A stretch of DNA of 32,000 nt from Flavobacteriaceae bacterium (GCA_965224465.1 OZ245049.1:4710001-4742000), one strand, 5' to 3'. Counted from the stretch's first letter, positions 9,071 to 18,220 are shown. Notes: a model not told the origin generated them from the letters alone. Made by a program: numbers and translations.

Positions 9071-9457
9071 ATGTCTTTTAAAGCAAAATTAAAAGTAGGA
9101 GGACACGAGTACAATGTATTGTCTTGTTCTTATGAATTACATCAAGAAACTGATGCAACTGGAAGACCATCTTCTATTACTAGAGGTGGGAAAATTAGAT
9201 TAACGGTTGAGTCTACAGCAGACACAAGTTTGTCTGATTGGATGTTTAATAACTTTGAGCGTAGAGACGGTTCTATTGTTTTCTTAAAAAGAGATACCGA
9301 AGCTACTGCAAAGGAATTAAAGTTTTCTGAAGGTTATATGGTGAAATATCTAGAGAATTTTGATTCTACAGGTAAAAATCCAATGTCAGAGTCATTTATC
9401 ATTTCAGCAAAATCTGTTGCAATGGGGAATGGTGAACATGTAAATGATTGGGTGTAA
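9071..9457 (+). CDS. tssD: Type VI secretion tube protein TssD/Hcp (Bacteroidetes T6SS-iii type)
   Basis: 128 aa. The pattern MSF..L.V.G.EYNVLSCSYEL....D..GRPSS...GGKIRLTVEST.D is the signature N-terminus of Bacteroidales/Flavobacteria TssD. Confidence 0.85.
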   Translation: MSFKAKLKVGGHEYNVLSCSYELHQETDATGRPSSITRGGKIRLTVESTADTSLSDWMFNNFERRDGSIVFLKRDTEATAKELKFSEGYMVKYLENFDSTGKNPMSESFIISAKSVAMGNGEHVNDWV

Positions 9458-9498
9458 TACCGTTTTAGCTATAGTGTAACATATCTAAGAAAATAAAA

Positions 9499-9527
9499 AG
9501 GAAGTGTTACATAACACTTCCTTTTTT
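9499..9527 (+). terminator. Rho-independent terminator after first hcp
   Basis: Perfect 10-bp stem aggaagtgtt / aacacttcct (9499-9508, 9513-9522), 4-nt loop, then a T-run to 9527. Confidence 0.8.
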
Positions 9528-9568
9528 GCGTTTAATTTAATTAGTTTAACAAAAATAAATACTATAAA

Positions 9569-9964
9569 ATGTCGTTTTTATCACAATTAACAATAGCCGA
9601 TGATACCATGAATGTATTGCGATGTTCTTTTAACTTTGAACAAGGTGCAGATGCTGCTGGTAAACCATCACAAAGACCAAGTGGAGGGAAACTCATAATT
9701 TTAATAGAATCTACTAGTAAAACAGATTTTTTAGAATGGATGATCTCTCCCAATATGACCAAAAACGGAGAGGTTGTTTTTTATAAAAGAGATAATATGT
9801 CTAGTTTAAAAACCATTACTTTTAAAAATGCCTATTGTTTGAGCTATCAAGAAGATTTTGATGCAGAAGGAAACCAACCTTTAAAAACACGGATTGTTGT
9901 GTCTGCAAAAGAAATTACAGTAAAGAATACTACCTTTTCCAATAACTGGTTTGATAGAGAATAA
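9569..9964 (+). CDS. tssD: Type VI secretion tube protein TssD/Hcp, second paralog
   Basis: 131 aa. MSFLSQLTIADDTMNVLRCSFNFEQGADAAGKPSQRPSGGKLIILIESTSKTDFLEWMISP is paralogous to 9071..9457 and to the decayed copy at 8022. Confidence 0.85.
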   Translation: MSFLSQLTIADDTMNVLRCSFNFEQGADAAGKPSQRPSGGKLIILIESTSKTDFLEWMISPNMTKNGEVVFYKRDNMSSLKTITFKNAYCLSYQEDFDAEGNQPLKTRIVVSAKEITVKNTTFSNNWFDRE

Positions 9965-10049
9965 AAAAGTAGAAGCATCCCTGATGCAATCAATTAAAAT
10001 GAATTTATTATTGTAATTTTTTTTAGAGAACACTATTAATTTAGAAAAT

Positions 10050-11819
10050 ATGGCGCTACAAAGCAACACAACTATAATTATTAAGAGACAAGAATTTTCA
10101 AGTTTTCAAAGCCTTAACTTACATCAGGAAATTGATGCATCCCATTTGTTAACACTTACGTTTAGAATGGACACACTTGAAGATCTAGAAGAAGAACTTG
10201 CAACCAACAGTAAGGAGTTTTTGGGGGAAACAATTTCCTTGCAAACGATTCCTGCAAATGGTTTTGAAGACCGTTATGGCGAATTGACGTTTAAAGGTAT
10301 TATTACCGAAATAAAAATCATAAAAGGGCATGAGGTAAGTGATGGTGATAAAGTAGTTATAGTGGCAAAAAGCCCCGATTTTTTAACAAATGATGGTCCG
10401 CATTTTGCGTCTTACAACGATGTTTCCCTCTCAGAAATTATTGATAGTTCGTTTGAAGGCTATGATACTTCAAAATTAGAAGTAGACATACGCCCTCAAA
10501 ACAACCCTAGTTTGCATTATTCGGTACAGCATAACGAAAGTGCTTTTACGTATGTAAGTAGACTTGCAGCACAATACGGAGAGTGGTTCTATTACGATGG
10601 CGCGAAATTAGTATTTGGAATGCCTGGTACCGAAGACTTAGAACTCACCTATGGATTTGATTTAGTAGAGTATCAGATACGTTTGATACCTCAATCCAAC
10701 AATTACAAAATATTTGCAAATGATTATCTAACCGATGAGGTACAAGAAAAATCAACAAGCGAAACCAATGCCGGTTTAAGAGGTTTTGGAGGCTTTGTTT
10801 CTGAAAAATCAAATGCTATTTACAGAAAAGAAACAAAAATTTGGCACAATTTATACAGCAATACAGAAGTGCAACAGCGTTTAGATACAGCGGTGGAATT
10901 GCAGAAAAAAGCGATTGATGTAAAACAAGTAAAAGTACAGGGTGTTTGTGATAATCCAGGAGTAAAAATTGGGAGCGTAGTTGTAATAGAAGGCAATAGA
11001 TACAGAATTATAGAGGTTACACATAGCAATAATGAAATTGGCGATTATACAAATAAATTTGAAGGAATTACCGCAGATATAAACGCATATCCATACACCA
11101 ACATAAACGCATTTCCAAAAAGCGAAACACAGGTAGCTACCGTAAAAGAAAATGCAGATCCCGATGGATTGGGGCGCATAAGAGTGCAATTTCCATGGCA
11201 AGTGGAGTATAGCGAGTTAACCCCATGGGTGCGCATTGTAACACCACATGGAGGAGCCAATAAAGGATTCCATTTTATACCAGAAATTGACGAAGAGGTA
11301 TTGGTGGGCTTTGAAGGAGGGAATGCAGAACATCCTTATATATTGGGGAGTTTGTACACGGGAAATGCCAAACCCGAAGCGTTTAAAACCGACACCAACG
11401 ATGTTAAAATTATAAGAACCCGCAGCGGACACACCATTGAACTAAATGATAAAGATGGTGAAGAAAAAATAAATATCTACGATAACGAAGGAAGTATCAT
11501 CACTTTTGATACCCAAGCAAAATCCTTGTATATACAAGCTACGGAGAATATTGAATTCCAAGCAAAGAATATTAAATTAAAAGCGAGCGAGAATATAGAT
11601 ATGGTTGCTGGGAAAGATTTCACTACAAGTATATCAGAAAATTATAATGTTATGACTAAAAATATTACTGTAATTGCAGAACAAAATATGTCGACAGATT
11701 CTAAGAAACAAGTTAATGTAGCCGATGAAATTACAATAAGTAGTAATAAAGAAAACTTAACGCTATCGTCTGGAAAAATAATAGATATACAAAGTAAGGA
11801 AAAGGTAAAGCTATTTTAA
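10050..11819 (+). CDS. tssI: VgrG/TssI spike protein (gpD-like plus gp5 OB-fold plus short beta-helix)
   Basis: 589 aa. DPDGLGRIRVQFPWQ, TPWVRIVTPHGGANKGFHFIPEIDEEVLVGFEGGNAEHPYILGSLY (gp5/VgrG core), followed by a repetitive beta-helix-like tail. Confidence 0.9.
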   Translation: MALQSNTTIIIKRQEFSSFQSLNLHQEIDASHLLTLTFRMDTLEDLEEELATNSKEFLGETISLQTIPANGFEDRYGELTFKGIITEIKIIKGHEVSDGDKVVIVAKSPDFLTNDGPHFASYNDVSLSEIIDSSFEGYDTSKLEVDIRPQNNPSLHYSVQHNESAFTYVSRLAAQYGEWFYYDGAKLVFGMPGTEDLELTYGFDLVEYQIRLIPQSNNYKIFANDYLTDEVQEKSTSETNAGLRGFGGFVSEKSNAIYRKETKIWHNLYSNTEVQQRLDTAVELQKKAIDVKQVKVQGVCDNPGVKIGSVVVIEGNRYRIIEVTHSNNEIGDYTNKFEGITADINAYPYTNINAFPKSETQVATVKENADPDGLGRIRVQFPWQVEYSELTPWVRIVTPHGGANKGFHFIPEIDEEVLVGFEGGNAEHPYILGSLYTGNAKPEAFKTDTNDVKIIRTRSGHTIELNDKDGEEKINIYDNEGSIITFDTQAKSLYIQATENIEFQAKNIKLKASENIDMVAGKDFTTSISENYNVMTKNITVIAEQNMSTDSKKQVNVADEITISSNKENLTLSSGKIIDIQSKEKVKLF

Positions 11820-11851
11820 TTACAATATAAAACAGAGATAAATTATCTTAT

Positions 11852-12817
11852 ATGATAAAAGATATAGACAATGCTTATAGCCTTGGTGTTTTTGAAAATT
11901 ATAACCTTAGGCATAATTTGGAAGGTTTTTATGGTAATTATGGGTGCTCAGTTCTTTATGATGATGGCGCATCTAAAAATGAAATTAGACATAAATTAAA
12001 AATTAAATTTATAGGTAATGTATCTGAATTTGAAAATTGGTATAGAATAGAAAGAGATTCTAAGATTTATATTAATGATATTCTTTTAGATAGTTTTATG
12101 GATACGTTGGCTTTTGAAGTAGGTCAGGTACTATATCCTTTAGAGATTAATACAACATATAATGGTGTTTTGTCTAAAATTCTAAATTATACCGAAATAG
12201 TAAATAGATGGGAAAAAGAAAAAGTACTTATACATAAAAAATATAAAGGAAAAATAGTTGATGACTATGTTGCATTAGCTGATAAAACATTAAAATCAGA
12301 AGATATTTTGTTTAAAAAAATAACTTCTGATTGGTTTTTAAATTTATATTTTTCTGATTTATATAAATTCTATTCACCAGATTTATATGTTGATGATAAA
12401 ATGTACTATCCTTTATTAGGAGATACAAACCATGTAAGGTATGAAACGGTTAGTAAAATAGAAATTGAAAAAGAAGTAGGACGAACGGATGTAAGAGTTA
12501 ATATAAAAGGAACTATAAACGATGAGCGTTGTGCTCTTGATTTGGAACAAAAGCTTGACGAGCCTTATTATGGTTTGCTAAATAAAGAAGAGAAAGTACT
12601 TAAAGGAACGTGTGATATAACGTATTTATTAGATGAAAAAACGGGTGTTATTGAGGGGGTAGAAGCTGTTTTTTACACAAAATTTAAAAACCCTAAAAAA
12701 GTTTTAGTAAAAATGTTTTTAGTAGAACAACTTAAAGGAAATGAAATAGAAGAAGAGGGAAATCCAAATTTAAAAAAAGGGTTTTGGTCAAAGTTATTTA
12801 AAGGATTTAAAATATGA
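11852..12817 (+). CDS. Hypothetical protein between vgrG and PAAR-like gene (adaptor/chaperone candidate)
   Basis: 321-aa ORF with no signal peptide and no recognised motif. Its stop overlaps the next ATG (ATGA at 12814-12817). Confidence 0.6.
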   Translation: MIKDIDNAYSLGVFENYNLRHNLEGFYGNYGCSVLYDDGASKNEIRHKLKIKFIGNVSEFENWYRIERDSKIYINDILLDSFMDTLAFEVGQVLYPLEINTTYNGVLSKILNYTEIVNRWEKEKVLIHKKYKGKIVDDYVALADKTLKSEDILFKKITSDWFLNLYFSDLYKFYSPDLYVDDKMYYPLLGDTNHVRYETVSKIEIEKEVGRTDVRVNIKGTINDERCALDLEQKLDEPYYGLLNKEEKVLKGTCDITYLLDEKTGVIEGVEAVFYTKFKNPKKVLVKMFLVEQLKGNEIEEEGNPNLKKGFWSKLFKGFKI

Positions 12818-13305
12818 GTCAAAAATATATTCTTATACAGGGAGCTATGTGTAAATGTGAGTTTGGAGATTTCCCTGATAAATTAAAAGTACTTTCACAT
12901 AAAAAATATTTTGCAAATGATCCTGATGGTTCAGAAAAGTTAATAGCTACTACTATGGAAATAGGAAGTAGTACTTTTGAAAAAAACACATTTGGACAAT
13001 GTAAACTACAACCAACGGGTAGTAGTTTTAAACCCTGTCAAATTTTAGTTACGAAATGGAATGATCCTTATGAAAATTTACAACTAGGTAGTGGAGGGAA
13101 AGTTATTTTAGAAGACAGTAAGGCTATATGTCCTATATCTGGCAGCCCATGCATAAGTGTAATAGCCCATGGTCAAACTGTAGAAGGGAGTTCTAGTAGT
13201 AGTAAGGAAGCTAATTCAGATGTTCAACAACAATTAAATCCAATGGTTAATTTAGAAGAGATGAATGCCGAAAATTCTGAAATAAAAGAAATAATAATCA
13301 GTTAG
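12814..13305 (+). CDS. DUF4280-type PAAR-like protein
   Basis: 163 aa. GAMCKCEFGDFPDKLKV...FGQCKLQP...FKPCQILVTKW...AICPISGSPCISVIAHGQ matches the conserved Cys spacing and terminal GQ of DUF4280. Ser-rich acidic tail. Confidence 0.8.
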   Translation: MSQKYILIQGAMCKCEFGDFPDKLKVLSHKKYFANDPDGSEKLIATTMEIGSSTFEKNTFGQCKLQPTGSSFKPCQILVTKWNDPYENLQLGSGGKVILEDSKAICPISGSPCISVIAHGQTVEGSSSSSKEANSDVQQQLNPMVNLEEMNAENSEIKEIIIS

Positions 13306-13306
13306 T

Positions 13307-16000
13307 ATGGCAGTAGGGATAAAAAAAACAGTAGTAGTATACAATGGAATAGAAATGTCACAGAAGGTATTTCGTATAATTGCGAATAAAAAAATAAAAA
13401 TAAGAGCAATATATCACCCAAATACTCCAGAGAATCAAAAAGGGCATGCAAAATGGATTGTAGCACCTAAAAAGGATGGTCCTTTTACTAAGGGACACCA
13501 AAGTGGAAATATTGGAGACTCTAGAAGTATATCTCTAGAAGCAAAATATTGCGGACCAAAAAAGTATGTAATTGAAGCTTTTATGACAAAACCGGAAAAT
13601 AAATACCCAGCTCAATTAGTGTTTTTAGGGGTCGCTCCAGAAAAAATTATTAACACAAGATGGAGTCTTACAAATGGAGGTAAAGATATAGGAGGGTCAA
13701 CTGTTAAATATGGTCAAGAAGTTTGGTTAAATGTACAGACAGAGGGATTAAATGGTGCAGTTTTAGAGATAGATGTGTATAATAAGCAATCGGGAGATGA
13801 CAAAAAGGTATGTACAATTCCTTATGTACAATGTATGTCTGGGGAAGTTAACCATATAATTAATACCTCTTTGTGGAGAGCAACAACTGGTTGGTTTGTT
13901 ACTAATGATGAAAAGTTTTATATTAAAATAAGAAAAAGAGGAAGTTCAAGTGTTATAAAGGCGAATAAAAAAGACAACTACTTACTGATTGAAGATAAGC
14001 TTGTTAGAAGGGTGGTGGTCGAGCAAAAAAGTGCCAAGCCTGTTAAAGTAGGAAAGAGTGAAGTAAATGTAGAACGATATGACCTCTGCCGTTTTACAAA
14101 AATAGCAATTACGGAAAAAGGAAAAAATTCAATATCACTTTTTGAAGAAGGTAGAATACTTTCTGATAAACAAAAGAGAACAGAATTTCAAGCTTCTCAA
14201 ACAATTTATTTTGATTTTGATAAATGGAATGTTAAAAATGAGACCAAAAAAGTGCTAAATGGTTTAATAGACTTGTTGTTAGATAATCCATATGTGCCGT
14301 CAGAATTAGGGGCGCATTGCGATAGTAGAGGTGATGACTATTATAATGACAATTTGTCAAAGAAGCGTGCTATAGCTGTTGTCGATTATTTAGTGACAAA
14401 AGGAATATCTAGAAATAATATTAGATGGAAAGGCTATGGAAAAAGAAGACCTGTTATCCCTGGAGATCCAAATGAATTGTCAGAAGCTGAACATAAAGAG
14501 AACAGACGTGTAACCATAAAGTTTCTAATATCTGGAGGCGATGCTGAAAGTATTGTTTATGAAACTATTGCGGGAGGTGAAACAAAACCATTAGATATAA
14601 AAATAGACATTACAGATTATGTAACAGAACAGTGTCTTAGAAAAAATGATACTGCAAGAAAACATGAAGCCAATAACTTAAAAATAATAGAATTAACTTC
14701 AGACGGAAAAAATGGACCATACACTAAAGATGGTTCCAAACCAGTAAACTACAAAGTGTATTCTAGCCTTTCAAAATCTAGATTTATTCCTTTTGATTAT
14801 ATTTTACCACATAAAAGTAAAACAAATTTATTTAAGTTTTACATTAATAGTTGTAGGTATTATGCGAATAAAACAAAAGCTGCTATACTTATTAAAGTAT
14901 ATCCAGATATTAAATGGGATTTTCATTTTTACGCAAAACTAAGTAACCCTTTAGCTGTAAAATGGCAAGGATTGAGTAAAGCCAATGACACTAAAATGAG
15001 AAAAGTCAACGGGAAGATTGCAGCTCAAGAAAGATGGAAACAAACAGAAGCTGCATTTGGAGCTGTGTTAAAAGCTAGTTGGAATAAAATAGATGAATTA
15101 AACTATGATGAAACCAAAGAAATTACTGCTAAATATGAGGATAAATTTAAAACATTATATAATTTATTCTCTTCTCTAAAAAATATTTCCAAGGGAATAA
15201 CAGCTCAGACTAAAGGTAAAGCAACAAAAGTATTAGGAAGCAAACAACCTTTTGAAGTAGAGATAATCCCTCCAAATATATGCTTTGGAGCAGAATGGAT
15301 GCTCGCAAGAGGTAGTCTAAAACAAAAGGCTATAAAGGAAATAGGTACTGAGATAAAAGTTTATTTAAAGGCAGAACCACTAATCGGGCTAAAGCTTATA
15401 ATTGACCTTTTAGATATTGCTTTAAAAGGTGCATCAATGATGGCAACTGGTAATACAGTTGCAGCAGATATATTTATTCGTGTTAAAAAATGGGCTTCAA
15501 AAGGCTATGAATCCGAAAACGTTGAAATATCGTTTGACATGTGGATAGATTTAATTCTAAAAGGTACTATTAGTGGAGGTGTTGATTTTACATTAATTAC
15601 CGCCTCAGACAAGAAAGCTGTTAATGCGAACATAGATGCTAAAATAAGTGCAGAACTTAGTGCAGGTCTTAAACTGAAGGCAAAAGTGCTTATACTAAAA
15701 GCGAGTGCATGGGTAGAAGGAGAAGCTAGTGTCTCGGCTAAAATGGGAATAACCTCAGGACACACGTTTAAATATGAAACTTACAAAGGTTTATTTTATA
15801 CGCCAACATTAAAGTTAGATGCATGTATTGCCCAAGTAGTATTAATGGTAGAAGTCGGTTTGTCGTACAAAGTAATAAGTGCTGATTGGCAACCAATAAA
15901 TTATAATAAAAAAAGAGAATTCTGGGAAGAATTTGATATTATTAAAAAATTAGAACAAATATCTGGGATAAGCCCTGTAATTCAAATAATAAAACCATAA
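13307..16000 (+). CDS. Large T6SS cargo effector candidate with internal OmpA-like peptidoglycan-binding domain
   Basis: 897 aa, starting 1 nt after the PAAR-like stop. OmpA_C-like block at about nt 14200-14530: FDFDKWNV...LGAHCDSRGDDYYNDNLSKKRAIAVVDYLVTKGI...GYGKRRPV...NRRVTIKF. The C-terminal ~260 aa are rich in amphipathic/hydrophobic Ala-Gly-Leu-Lys segments (EPLIGLKLIIDLLDIALKGASMMATGNTVAADIFI; ELSAGLKLKAKVLILKASAWVEGEASVSAKMG). Confidence 0.75.
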   Translation: MAVGIKKTVVVYNGIEMSQKVFRIIANKKIKIRAIYHPNTPENQKGHAKWIVAPKKDGPFTKGHQSGNIGDSRSISLEAKYCGPKKYVIEAFMTKPENKYPAQLVFLGVAPEKIINTRWSLTNGGKDIGGSTVKYGQEVWLNVQTEGLNGAVLEIDVYNKQSGDDKKVCTIPYVQCMSGEVNHIINTSLWRATTGWFVTNDEKFYIKIRKRGSSSVIKANKKDNYLLIEDKLVRRVVVEQKSAKPVKVGKSEVNVERYDLCRFTKIAITEKGKNSISLFEEGRILSDKQKRTEFQASQTIYFDFDKWNVKNETKKVLNGLIDLLLDNPYVPSELGAHCDSRGDDYYNDNLSKKRAIAVVDYLVTKGISRNNIRWKGYGKRRPVIPGDPNELSEAEHKENRRVTIKFLISGGDAESIVYETIAGGETKPLDIKIDITDYVTEQCLRKNDTARKHEANNLKIIELTSDGKNGPYTKDGSKPVNYKVYSSLSKSRFIPFDYILPHKSKTNLFKFYINSCRYYANKTKAAILIKVYPDIKWDFHFYAKLSNPLAVKWQGLSKANDTKMRKVNGKIAAQERWKQTEAAFGAVLKASWNKIDELNYDETKEITAKYEDKFKTLYNLFSSLKNISKGITAQTKGKATKVLGSKQPFEVEIIPPNICFGAEWMLARGSLKQKAIKEIGTEIKVYLKAEPLIGLKLIIDLLDIALKGASMMATGNTVAADIFIRVKKWASKGYESENVEISFDMWIDLILKGTISGGVDFTLITASDKKAVNANIDAKISAELSAGLKLKAKVLILKASAWVEGEASVSAKMGITSGHTFKYETYKGLFYTPTLKLDACIAQVVLMVEVGLSYKVISADWQPINYNKKREFWEEFDIIKKLEQISGISPVIQIIKP

Positions 16001-16005
16001 ATATA

Positions 16006-16716
16006 ATGAAAAAAATAGCATTAATTACTGTAATAATCTTACTCATGACTTCATGCAGCTCACAAAAAACGATTGATTTAGCGGAAATAGAAATACCATA
16101 TCCAAGTAATAAATTACTAAATGAAACGGTTACCTATAAGAGGAGTCCCGCAGGTCTTTTTATTCACCTAGAATCGTATAGAACATACGATTCTAATCTT
16201 TTAAATTTTAATGATACGGACTTATCTGGTAGGCTAACCACTTCTAAAAATAAATTTCTAAATGATAATTTTTTAGTATTTCATGTTGACCCCATAAAAA
16301 AAACAATCCCTTTTTTTGAAATAGAAATACTTACAACTAAACAGAGCCAGAATCTTTTCAAAGCACTTTTAAAAAAACTAGGAGAGCCTGTATACTATAG
16401 AAAAGACGATGAGATTTTTTATGGAGTATGGGAGAAAGACACTATAACATATTTGTTTGCACATAATTACCAAAGTAGTATTAATGGGATTGATACAGAA
16501 CTAAGTGACTTACGTATAATTGACAATACTGATAAGCAATTAATAGATAGGTTTTATAGTGCAGGTTTTCAGTATTTTGGAGACTATGTATATGAAAGGG
16601 CAAAAAGAAATGACCCTAATTACACTTATTTACAATTTGCTAAATACCAAGCTAAAGAAAGATGGGATGAAAATTATTTAAAGGAAATTAAGAGCAACAA
16701 ACCATTAGAAGATTAA
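16006..16716 (+). CDS. Lipoprotein, immunity candidate for the 897-aa effector
   Basis: 236 aa. MKKIALITVIILLMTSCSSQ lipobox. Starts 5 nt after the effector stop. Confidence 0.65.
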   Translation: MKKIALITVIILLMTSCSSQKTIDLAEIEIPYPSNKLLNETVTYKRSPAGLFIHLESYRTYDSNLLNFNDTDLSGRLTTSKNKFLNDNFLVFHVDPIKKTIPFFEIEILTTKQSQNLFKALLKKLGEPVYYRKDDEIFYGVWEKDTITYLFAHNYQSSINGIDTELSDLRIIDNTDKQLIDRFYSAGFQYFGDYVYERAKRNDPNYTYLQFAKYQAKERWDENYLKEIKSNKPLED

Positions 16717-16727
16717 AAGTATTTACT

Positions 16728-17504
16728 ATGACGAAACCATATTATATGATAAAATTTAGTGGATTTGCATGTATGTTTGAAATACGTGTGAATGATATTC
16801 CTGTAATAACATTAAATTTAGACGGTCAAGCAGCGACTAATATCCCTATAAATTATGCTATTTTTAAAAGCGGTTTACAAGAAATAACGGTAAAGGTGCT
16901 TCCAAACTCTGGTAATAGCATATTTAATGAAGGAGCTGAATTTAAATATGATATTCTACTTTATGATGTATCAAATGGTTTTGAATTTAAAGAAGAATTT
17001 TCAGGCTATAAAACACCTAAAGTTAATAAAAACAAAATGATACCTGCATTTATAAATAAAATACCTTTTCAAGCTACTGTTCCTTTTTCTTTAAAAACCT
17101 TATGGTTAAATGGGGAGGATATTAGTGAAATAAATGATTTACAAGCGAAATTAAGAAGAGCTTATTATAAAATAGGAAACCTTATAATAACTAAAAATTA
17201 TGATGCTTTTAAAAAAGAAATAGCTAATAGAGAATTTAATATGGCTAACTCAATGTATTTAGAGCCTGTGGATTCTAGAGCACGTTTAAATGGACTCATT
17301 AAAGATTTTGAAAGCGGTTTCGATGAGATGGTATTAAACAAAGAAGCATTAGTAGTGATTTCAGCAAATAATAAGAAAGTGTCCCTTAAAACTTTTTATG
17401 GAGAACCTGCTTTAAAATTTTTAAACCGCAAAACAAAAGAAGAAATACAATTAGATATAGAATTCTATTTTAATAAAGAAACCAATACATTTGAAATCAT
17501 TTAA
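16728..17504 (+). CDS. Hypothetical cytoplasmic protein, last gene of the vgrG operon
   Basis: 258-aa ORF, 11 nt after the previous stop. No signal peptide and no recognised motif. Confidence 0.55.
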   Translation: MTKPYYMIKFSGFACMFEIRVNDIPVITLNLDGQAATNIPINYAIFKSGLQEITVKVLPNSGNSIFNEGAEFKYDILLYDVSNGFEFKEEFSGYKTPKVNKNKMIPAFINKIPFQATVPFSLKTLWLNGEDISEINDLQAKLRRAYYKIGNLIITKNYDAFKKEIANREFNMANSMYLEPVDSRARLNGLIKDFESGFDEMVLNKEALVVISANNKKVSLKTFYGEPALKFLNRKTKEEIQLDIEFYFNKETNTFEII

Positions 17505-17818
17505 AAGATCAGTACAAAAAGAATAGGTGTAGATAAGCTGAATTCAGTCGTACTTATAATACAGCTTCATATACTGCTGGTTCTGGTGAAAAGATACGTT
17601 TGATGCAAAAGAAACTATTGGTTTGAAGATAGAAGCAGGTATAATCATCAAAGCTAAAACGGTCGTTATTATTGTAGAGTTTTATGCAGAAGCTTACTTT
17701 TATTTGCCATCGATTCCGATGCTAGACCTACCAACTATGTGATCGCATTGATTTCAAATTCGTGCGATTGCGTCTTTAGTGACTATATGTTTTTAAATAA
17801 TTACAACAAAGCTCTTGC

Positions 17819-18220
17819 GTGAAATTATGTTGTTTATCGGCTACTTGTATTTGTATTGCTGTTTTTTTCTTGAGGATGGGTTTTGGAAAGGAAGCAGAAG
17901 AGGTAACTACTTTTTTATGCCAAAGTAATATTACCATAAGTACTCTCAAAAGCCAAGTGCCAAAAGCACATTGGTCTATTGATTTAGAGTATCTTTATGA
18001 TGTTAATAAATATTCTCAGATTATTATTATGTGTCGTTTAAATATAAATAACAATCAATTTTTTCCAATTCCCAAAAAAACAATTCCACGTTATATTGCG
18101 GTAACAATACCTGTGATTCGAAATGATTCGCAGTCAGGGTTTGTTTATAGAGATGGTCTCAATGATCGTGTTTATGTAGGGACACAACAAGAATTACTAA
18201 ACAAAAAAATATGGAAATAG
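17819..18220 (+). CDS. Hypothetical protein (weak call; alternative ATG at 17876)
   Basis: 133-aa ORF with a GTG start. Overlaps the next ORF by 10 nt. No motif recognised. Confidence 0.35.
   Translation: MKLCCLSATCICIAVFFLRMGFGKEAEEVTTFLCQSNITISTLKSQVPKAHWSIDLEYLYDVNKYSQIIIMCRLNINNNQFFPIPKKTIPRYIAVTIPVIRNDSQSGFVYRDGLNDRVYVGTQQELLNKKIWK

Noticed and set aside
9562-10069. Minus-strand ORFs 9562..9762 and 9881..10069 over the second hcp
   Set aside because: They are antisense shadows of a well-supported TssD gene.
10820-11432. Four minus-strand ORFs inside vgrG
   Set aside because: They are antisense to the gp5/VgrG core, whose motifs are unambiguous.
15505-15765. 86-aa minus-strand ORF inside the 897-aa effector
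   Set aside because: It is an antisense shadow of the Ala/Leu/Ser-rich C-terminal region.
8016-17504. Alternative reading of the Hcp/VgrG/PAAR-like cluster as a prophage tail or an extracellular contractile injection system
   Set aside because: No sheath, tape-measure, baseplate wedge, capsid, terminase or integrase genes are present. The tube proteins carry the Bacteroidetes TssD signature, and the downstream layout is effector plus lipoprotein. This alternative cannot be fully excluded without the rest of the genome.
17535-17560. agctgaattcag.. resembling the left end of the IS30 element (agctgaattcaag..), considered as a solo IS30 inverted repeat
   Set aside because: The match covers only about 11-12 nt around an EcoRI site and then diverges completely from the 26-bp inverted repeat. 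It is probably chance.
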